The position numbers and the translations under genes were made by a program. The notes below the pieces were generated by a model. The model did not search any database. It saw nothing but the letters and a program-made list of their open reading frames with translations, and was not told the origin of the DNA. A stretch of 7,605 nt of DNA from Octopus sinensis (Eukaryota), in assembly GCF_006345805.1 (NCBI RefSeq), contig NW_021828815.1, positions 1 to 7,605 of the forward strand, in the 5' to 3' direction. Below, in pieces: positions 1-5,989 of this stretch; the stretch's first letter is position 1, and each line of letters starts with the position of its first letter.

Positions 1-17
1 ATAAATAACACAAATAA

Positions 18-58
<41 letters not shown>

Positions 59-80
59 ATATATATATATATATATATAT
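18..80. repeat. (TA)n microsatellite
   Basis: Near-perfect TA dinucleotide run read directly from the sequence. Confidence 0.95.
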
Positions 81-135
81 GCAAATAAAGAAGTCAAGGT
101 AGAAAATGCTAAATTAATTTTATAAAAAAGCATTT

Positions 136-171
136 CAGTACCGGTTTCAGTCATTGAGATTTTTTCAACTG
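136..171 (-). ncRNA. Candidate minimal type-I hammerhead ribozyme with variant U3-A8 core
   Basis: Minus strand reads CAG-TTGAAAA-AATC-tcaat-GACT-GAAA-CCGG-TA-CTG. Helix I is CAG/CTG. The core is UUGAAAA instead of CUGANGA. Helix II is AATC/GACT (3 of 4 pairs), followed by GAAA, a palindromic helix III ACCGGT and a GUA cleavage triplet. Confidence 0.55.
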
Positions 172-250
172 TAAGTATGGAAAACAATTAAATTTTGGAA
201 AAAATTAAATGAAAATTTTCAAAATTTCGTTCTTTCATTTCATTTCACCT

Positions 251-290
251 CTGGTGAGATTAGTGTACCGATATATCGAAACAGTTTGTT
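251..290 (+). ncRNA. Degenerate hammerhead-like motif
   Basis: CTGGTGA (CUGAUGA with A6>G) - GAT...ATC helix II - GAAA - CAgttTG - TT. No adjacent helix I pairing found. Confidence 0.3.
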
Positions 291-369
291 CCTGATTAAA
301 GGTATTATATACGCTGCGTATCATATATTCAACGTTCTTACATTTACTGTTATGTTCATTGCTTTCATA

Positions 370-545
370 GGTCTAGCGTGGCTGCGTGGTAAGTAGCTTG
401 GTTACCAACCACATGGTTCCAGGTTCAGTCCCACTACGTGGCACCTTGGGCAAGTGTCTTCTACTATAGCCTCGGGCCGATCACAGCCTTGTGAGTGGAT
501 TTGGTAGACGTAAACTGAAAGAAGCCTGTCGTATGTATATATATA

Positions 546-600
<55 letters not shown>

Positions 601-791
601 TCAGTGTTTGCTTCCCCAACATCGCTTGACTACCGATGCCGGTGTGTTTACGTCCCCGTAAACACACCAGCAAAAGAGACCGATAGAATAAGTTCTAGGC
701 TTACAAAGAATAAGTCCTGGAGTCGATTTGCTCGACTAAAAAGCGGTGCTTCACCATGGCCGCATTCAAAATGACTGAAACAAGTAAAAGA
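370..791 (+). mobile_element. tRNA-derived SINE, family A, copy 1 (full length; resembles the abundant octopus SINEs)
   Basis: A-box-like TGGCTGCGTGG at 379-389 and B-box-like GGTTCAGTCC at 422-431. Then CCTTGGGCAAGT (CORE-like motif), an internal microsatellite and a 3' tail ending ATGACTGAAACAAGTAAAAGA. Collinear with the copies at 811-1214 and 2901-3283. Confidence 0.9.
532..596. repeat. (TA)n(TG)n compound microsatellite inside SINE copy 1
   Basis: Read directly; it sits at the same position in every full copy of the family. Confidence 0.95.
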
Positions 792-810
792 ATATATATA
801 TATACACACA

Positions 811-1214
811 AGCGCCGAAGTGACTTGTGACAAGTAGCTTGCTTACTAACCTCATGGTTCAGGGTTCAGTCCGACTGCGTGGCACCTTGGGCAAGTGATT
901 TCTACTATAGCCTCGGGCCGGAAAAAGCCTTGTAAGTGGATTTGGTAGACGGAAACTGAAAGAAGCCCGTCATATATATATATATATATATGTGTGTGTG
1001 CGTGTGTGTGTGTGTGTGTGTGTTTGCGTGTCAGTGTTTGTCCCCCCAACAAATCGATGCTGGTGTGTTGATGTCCCTGTGACGTAGCGGTTCGGCAAAA
1101 GTGGCCGATAGAATAAATACTAGGCTTACAAAGAATAAATCCTGGGATCGATATGCTCGACTAAAGGCAGTGCTCCAGGATGGCCAGAGTCAAAAGACTG
1201 CAACAAGTAAAAGA
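811..1214 (+). mobile_element. tRNA-derived SINE, family A, copy 2 (head-to-tail with copy 1)
   Basis: Same module order as copy 1: GGGTTCAGTCC B-box, GGCACCTTGGGCAAGT, GGATTTGGTAGACGGAAACTGAAAGAAGCCCGTC, microsatellite, CCGATAGAATAAATACTAGGCTTACAAAGAATAA, tail CAAGTAAAAGA. The A-box is degenerate. Confidence 0.9.
973..1031. repeat. (TA)n(TG)n microsatellite inside SINE copy 2
   Basis: Read directly from the sequence. Confidence 0.9.
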
Positions 1215-1215
1215 A

Positions 1216-1246
1216 GATATATATATATATTATATACATATATATA
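1216..1246. repeat. Imperfect (TA)n after the SINE copy 2 tail
   Basis: Read directly from the sequence. Confidence 0.85.
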
Positions 1247-1347
1247 AAACTAATTTAGAATTTTTTGTATCTTGCCTTCCCGGCAAAAATACCGTATTTT
1301 GAAGAGAATTGCGATGTGTATTGTAAAGTACATGCCTATCAATTAAC

Positions 1348-1439
1348 GACAATACCAACAACAATAGCAGCAGCCGCAGCAGCAGCAGCAACAACAACAA
1401 CAACAACAACAACAGCAGCAGCGGCAGCGACAGCAACAA
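1348..1439 (+). repeat. Compound (CAG)n/(CAA)n trinucleotide repeat
   Basis: Alternating GCA and ACA triplet blocks. The Gln frame contains TAA/TAG stops, so this is not a polyQ coding region. Confidence 0.9.
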
Positions 1440-1783
1440 TACTTACACACACGCTTTAAGATATTTTGGCAGAAGAGCCTACTGATGGATGTTGTTTCGT
1501 AATTAATACTTAACTCTTGAAGCTAAAGGACGGCATTATTCGTGTTCAGCGAATTATATTTTAATTGATGTATTTTAGATTTAATTACAATTAGTTTTCT
1601 TATTATGTTACGTAGGCTATTGCTATTATAATAAATTACTCATTCACAGAATTTGACATCTCTTTCCTGCAGAAATCAAGAAATATTCAGAAAATTAGAA
1701 GAACCACAGAAATTCGTTAATTTCGAATATCGAAGTTCATGAGGAATTATGCAAATGAAGGTGGGACATACGCGAAGCTTCTC

Positions 1784-1854
1784 TGTGTGTATGTGTGAGT
1801 GTGTCTGGGGGAGCTTGAATATATATATATATGTGTGTGTGAATGTGTGCGTGT

Positions 1855-1917
<63 letters not shown>

Positions 1918-1922
1918 CGTGC
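1784..1922. repeat. Compound (TG)n/(TA)n microsatellite with a long pure (TG)n run
   Basis: Read directly from the sequence. Confidence 0.95.
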
Positions 1923-2163
1923 GTTATCTCAGTGACAAAATTTGCGAAATGATATTAAAGTGAATGCCATCATTAATTATCAATTCTTGCCAGATTAATC
2001 TTCAAAGGCTGGTTGAAAGATATTCCCCTCGGAGTGCTGTATGTTAAAAAACAGTTTTGGGGTCTGGTCTTCTGGTACAGTGCCTTGATCTAATATAGAA
2101 GGGGGGAAAAGGTTAGAACTTATAAATAATTTCATTGGTAATCTATCTCCCTATATTCATATA

Positions 2164-2176
2164 CGTAGATGCATAT

Positions 2177-2208
<32 letters not shown>

Positions 2209-2241
2209 TATTATTATATATAATATATGCATGCATCTACG
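2164..2241. repeat. Fold-back inverted repeat enclosing (TA)n
   Basis: CGTAGATGCAT (2164-2174) and its exact reverse complement ATGCATCTACG (2231-2241) flank a TA tract. Confidence 0.8.
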
Positions 2242-2342
2242 GGCCTGGGTGTGTGCTTATGACGTTCACTTTGCGACTATTGTGATGCCTTGTGAGTGAA
2301 TTCCGTTACAGAAACTTTGTGTCATGCACAAGTATGTGTATG

Positions 2343-2355
2343 CATATATTTATAT

Positions 2356-2389
<34 letters not shown>

Positions 2390-2419
2390 AATATCATATA
2401 TATATATATATATATATAT
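2343..2419. repeat. Imperfect (TA)n microsatellite
   Basis: Read directly from the sequence. Confidence 0.9.
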
Positions 2420-2877
2420 TCAAAGATTCTATAATTATAAGCATAATTTTATTTCAGGTTCTGCAAATTGCTTCACCACATCCCGAAATGTTGTAATAGC
2501 AGTTAGATAATATTCCTCTACCATAAGATATTTCCCAAGTAGCAATACTCTTAATTCACGTAGGTAAAGAGAAAAAAAATAACGAATCTACCCGTCTTTG
2601 ATCAACCACATACGCGTTTCTGGATTAAAGTGATGTAATTTTTTAAAATTTTTAATCACTTATTTCCGCCTTCAGTGTAGTATTTCAATTGTAAACTTGA
2701 GATTACAAATAACTAAATACGTATTTGACCGAGCGACATCGCATAGCTAATATCCAAAAACCAGCTCTTCCGAATCTATACAGACGAGTGAGAACTCGCA
2801 TTCTTCCCCAATCACACAGGTGTGTTACGAGTAATCCCGCAGAAACTGCAGTTTACTATCAGCGAAAATATTATTGA

Positions 2878-2893
2878 ATATATATATATATAT
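2878..2893. repeat. Short (TA)n next to the 3' tail of SINE copy 3
   Basis: Read directly from the sequence. Confidence 0.85.
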
Positions 2894-2900
2894 GTACTAG

Positions 2901-3283
2901 TTTTTATTCTTTTATTTGTTTCAGTCATTTGGTGCGGCCATGCTTGAGCACCACCTTTAGGACTTATTCTTTGGTAAGCCTAGTACTAATTCTATCGGTC
3001 CCTTCGGCCGAACCGCTAGGTTTACGGGGACGTAAACACACCAGCATCGGTTGTCAAGCGATGCTGAGGTGGGAGAAGGATAAAGACAGACACACACACA
3101 CGCGCGCACACACATATATACGACAGGCTTTTTCCAGTTTCTGTCTACTGAATCCACTCACAAGGTTTTGATCGACCCGAGGCAATAGTAGAAAACTCTT
3201 GCCCAAGGTGCCACGCAGTGGGGCTGAACCCGGAATCATGTGGTTGGTAAGAAAGCTACTTACCACACAGCCACACCTGCGCC
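2901..3283 (-). mobile_element. tRNA-derived SINE, family A, copy 3 (full length, reverse orientation)
   Basis: Reverse complement starts GGCGCAGGTGTGGCTGTGTGGTAAGTAGCTT, includes GGGTTCAGCCCCACTGCGTGGCACCTTGGGCAAG and an internal microsatellite (~3088-3120), and ends AAATGACTGAAACAAATAAAAGAATAAAAA. Confidence 0.9.
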
Positions 3284-3309
3284 TGTATATATACACACAC
3301 ATCACACAT

Positions 3310-3450
3310 ATATATGCGTGAGTGTGTGTGTTGTTAGCCTTTATGTTTGCCCACTCCATTGCTTGACAATTGGCGTTTATTTCTACCTCCGACTTACCTG
3401 TTGGGTAATGAGACTGACAGAATAAACACTAGGCTTAATAAATAAATAAA
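3310..3450 (+). mobile_element. Old, diverged 3' half of a family A SINE
   Basis: After a TG-rich tract, TTTGCCCACTCCATTGCTTGACAA...GAGACTGACAGAATAAACACTAGGCTT aligns by eye with the 3' half of copy 1 (...ATCGCTTGAC...GAGACCGATAGAATAAGTTCTAGGCTT). Confidence 0.65.
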
Positions 3451-3458
3451 AAATTCTA

Positions 3459-3768
3459 CATGGGTTTGACATAAACCAAAGTTCCTCTCCATGGCACAAG
3501 TCTAGGCAAGGTTGTTTATGGAAGACCAGCAGCCACCCATGCATATCTGCCTCCCCTCTCCACGCCACCGATGTTATCCAAGCAAAAGGCAAAGGCCGAT
3601 ACAGCTTGGCACCAGTGACGTCACAACTCATTTTGACAGCTGAGTGAACTGGAGCAACGTGAAATAAAGCGTCTTGCAATGCACGACACACCCCTCGGTC
3701 CTGGAATCGAACTCACTACCTCATGATTGTGAACCCAGAACTCTACCCACTGAGCCATGCGCCTTCAC
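3459..3768 (-). mobile_element. tRNA-derived SINE, family B
   Basis: Minus strand starts GTGAAGGCGCATGGCTCAGTGGGTAGAG, with A-box TGGCTCAGTGG (3747-3757) and B-box GAGTTCGATTCC (3703-3714). A central TTTATTTCACGTTGCTCCAGTTCACTCAGCTG...AAATGAGT segment resembles conserved SINE central domains (superfamily not resolved). The 3' body is unrelated to family A. Confidence 0.85.
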
Positions 3769-4153
3769 ACACACACACATTCGTACAAAAAGGTTAACTT
3801 GGTCTCCAACTTGGTATAGTGGACGCTGTGTTATATCACAGATGACTAAAATCTGATAGTTTTTTTAACAAGGGCATTATTTGTAATCATAGTGACTTAT
3901 GAAGCGGTCACAAACAGCGTTGTATATTACAATTAACAACACAGGATTTTACTACCAGGTATAACTCCTTCGACTAACACCGCCGGCCAATTAGTCCTTT
4001 CCCTCGCTTATTGCTCCATTCATCTAATTGAAGAAACGTACACAAAAAGGGGGAAAAATGTAAGCCTAAAGACTTATGGAACTTTTTTCTATTTTCCTTT
4101 TTCTTTTCATTTCCCTTTTTCTCCTATCTATATTCCTCCGATAAACTCTAAAT

Positions 4154-4232
4154 CATCCTGACGAAGTTTATTAAATGGAACGAGATAAATGCAAGTTTAC
4201 TTCGAAATAAAAAACTGAAACAGCTGTAAATG
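4154..4232 (+). ncRNA. Candidate type-I hammerhead ribozyme with a long helix II insert
   Basis: CATC-CTGACGA(4158-4164)-AGTTT...AAACT-GAAA(4217-4220)-CAGCTG-TA-AATG. Canonical core, helix II AGTTT/AAACT, palindromic helix III ACAGCTGT and GUA triplet. Helix I has three pairs plus a C-A mismatch at the first position. Confidence 0.55.
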
Positions 4233-4465
4233 TTCTTGAACTACAATTAAACTATGACCTTTTAATACCAATGATCAACTTCTAATTGTTAATTGTTGGT
4301 CCATTTCTTTTCTTATCTGAATGTATTAAACCACGGTTTCACCATTTAAATTACCAACAACTGTTAAACTTATAGCAAAGTAATACACATAGTGAGGAAA
4401 TACACCAGTAGTGCCTACGGATTCATTTATCCCTTAGACGGTTGCATAACCTCTAACTCATAATT

Positions 4466-4509
<44 letters not shown>
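4466..4509. repeat. (TA)n microsatellite at the break point of SINE copy 4
   Basis: Read directly from the sequence. Confidence 0.95.
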
Positions 4510-4665
4510 CAACGAGCTTTCAGTTTCCGTCTACGAAATCTACTTATAAGGATTTGATCGGCTCGAGGTTAATGCAGAAATTATTTGCCCAAGGTGCCAT
4601 GCAGTGAGACTGGACTTGGAACCATGCGGTTGGGAAGCAAGCTTCTTACTACACAACTACGCCTG
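4507..4665 (-). mobile_element. Family A SINE, 5' half only (copy 4)
   Basis: Plus strand TTTCAGTTTCCGTCTAC...TTGCCCAAGGTGCCATGCAGTG...GGAACCATGCGGTTGGGAAGCAAGCTTCTTAC matches the 5' half of copy 3. No 3' half is visible beyond the (TA)n. Confidence 0.85.
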
Positions 4666-5590
4666 TATATACGTATATTCAAATCGAAAGTAGTATTCTT
4701 GTTTCAGCTGCATCAAAATTATTGTTACTCACTGGAATGATAATAAACACATCCTTGATGTATAAGGAATCGAAGTGTAATGCAAACTATAAATCATAGA
4801 ATTTTTTTACACTACACTATTTTCAACAGCCTAGCAACAATCGCTTTAATTTTGGAGAATTAATTTGCAAAGAAGACAATCAACCATGAGTCTTAATTCT
4901 TTTATTTTTCTATCTTAAAACTGTGAGAGGTTTCTTTTATATTCTTGTCACTTCTGTGGTACACTATCCTTAAGTCAGTCAAGTCAACGAGAGAGTTTTT
5001 ATATAGTCGTACAACTGGTTAGAAATCATATCAAAATCTCCATCAAATCATACACAAGTAATGTAGAAGCAAGAGGTATATAACAACGTACTCTCCGGGA
5101 AAGAAAGAACGGGTTGGTGAAGATAGGGAATATTAGATTTTATTTGAAAGCATGCCACAAAAAAGAAAAAAAAAATGGTTTGTGGGATGTCTCAATAGGA
5201 TGTGTCTTGTGTATTCCTAATATGTAACGATTCATTCAATGATGAAAATTAAAGTCAAGTATGGAGAAATTTAGTTGATTGCAGCCCTTTCTGTTGTGTA
5301 TAGAACTTTATACTGTATTTAGGATTCGATAATGCGGACATATAGTATAATGAACAAGATTTTATAGTCATGTAGTAGGTTAGATAAAGTATACTATGAT
5401 AGTTGGTGTTATAGTCATGTAGAGGACCAAGTAGTGTAGAAAATTTTATAGTATAGTCAATCCTTAGGAACTCTAGGGCTGCATAGAATAGCAAACTGCC
5501 ATGAACTTAGTGTAGAAAACTAGATAATGTACAATAATTTGTTTTGTTTTTTACAATAAATAAATATACGTTTGTGTAATTGTTTTGCAA

Positions 5591-5636
5591 GATTACTGAC
5601 GTGAAATCATTGTGTTGAAACAGGTATTGTATTATT
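5591..5636 (+). ncRNA. Highly degenerate hammerhead-like motif
   Basis: GATTA-CTGACGT(A9>U)-GAAAT catt GTGTT-GAAA-CAGgtaTTG-TA-TTATT. All three helices are partly paired. Confidence 0.25.
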
Positions 5637-5722
5637 AGGGGATGATCATCTTTTGCAAATTAACATACATACTATTTATTTGATCTACACTTTAGTTTTA
5701 TTGTCACTATCATTAGCTTATT

Positions 5723-5761
5723 TATTAGAGTAATTTCGTCAACATTTTGTGACCTCTTCAG
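5723..5761 (-). ncRNA. Hammerhead-like motif in the 3' terminal region of the PLE
   Basis: Minus strand CTGAAGA-GGTCAcaaaatgtTGAC-GAAA-TTActcTAA-TA, overlapping an AATAAA, about 230 nt downstream of the PLE ORF stop and in the same orientation. Helix II is out of register by one base and helix I is not evident. Confidence 0.45.
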
Positions 5762-5989
5762 AGACTTTCTGCTCCCCGTGTATCCTCTTGTCCTGTTTAT
5801 TCCATTTTGTCTTTCTGTGGTATTGTGATATGTATCCTTGTTTGCGCATGCGTTTACGCCTGCATCTATGTATGTATTTGTGTGTGTATCTATGTGTTTA
5901 GTAAGTGTATAATGTGTGAGGGCATATGGATCTGTATATTACACTGTACTCGTGTCTTCTTTGTTTGTTTGTTTGTTCTTTTATCTTCC

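Noticed and set aside
464-1052. ORFs 464-673, 562-774, 648-833 and 852-1052
   Set aside because: They lie within SINE copies and translate microsatellites (HTHT, CVCV, YIYI).
1230-1459. Poly-Leu and poly-Ala/Thr ORFs; possible polyQ gene
   Set aside because: These are readings of the CAG/CAA repeat. The Gln frame has stops and the flanks show no coding character.
1481-1550. CTGATG and GAAA fragments suggesting another hammerhead
   Set aside because: The core elements are not in the right order or strand with paired helices.
1749-1756. Octamer ATGCAAAT (also at 79-86)
   Set aside because: Expected by chance in AT-rich DNA, with no promoter context.
1749-2510. ORFs 1749-1952 and 2292-2510
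   Set aside because: Dominated by (TG)n and (TA)n translations.
2785-2798. CGAGT-GAGA-ACTCG GNRA hairpin after a CAGACGA near-core
   Set aside because: No GAAA or helix III follows, and a 5 bp hairpin is within chance expectation.
3700-3768. Possible tRNA gene
   Set aside because: A and B boxes are present but no closed cloverleaf was seen, and the sequence continues into a SINE body.
2929-3856. ORFs across 2929-3856
   Set aside because: They fall in or straddle SINE copies and have no recognisable domain.
4730-4800. Possible 54 nt minus-strand micro-exon (TTTATAG|...CCA|GTGAGT)
   Set aside because: It is open in all three frames with no recognisable peptide and no partner exon, so it cannot be told from chance.
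5280-5483. 9 bp inverted repeat TGCAGCCCT/AGGGCTGCA as possible MITE termini
   Set aside because: It does not extend and no TSD was seen.
5255-5494. 79 aa minus-strand ORF
   Set aside because: It translates the degenerate repeat mosaic and contains no recognisable motif.
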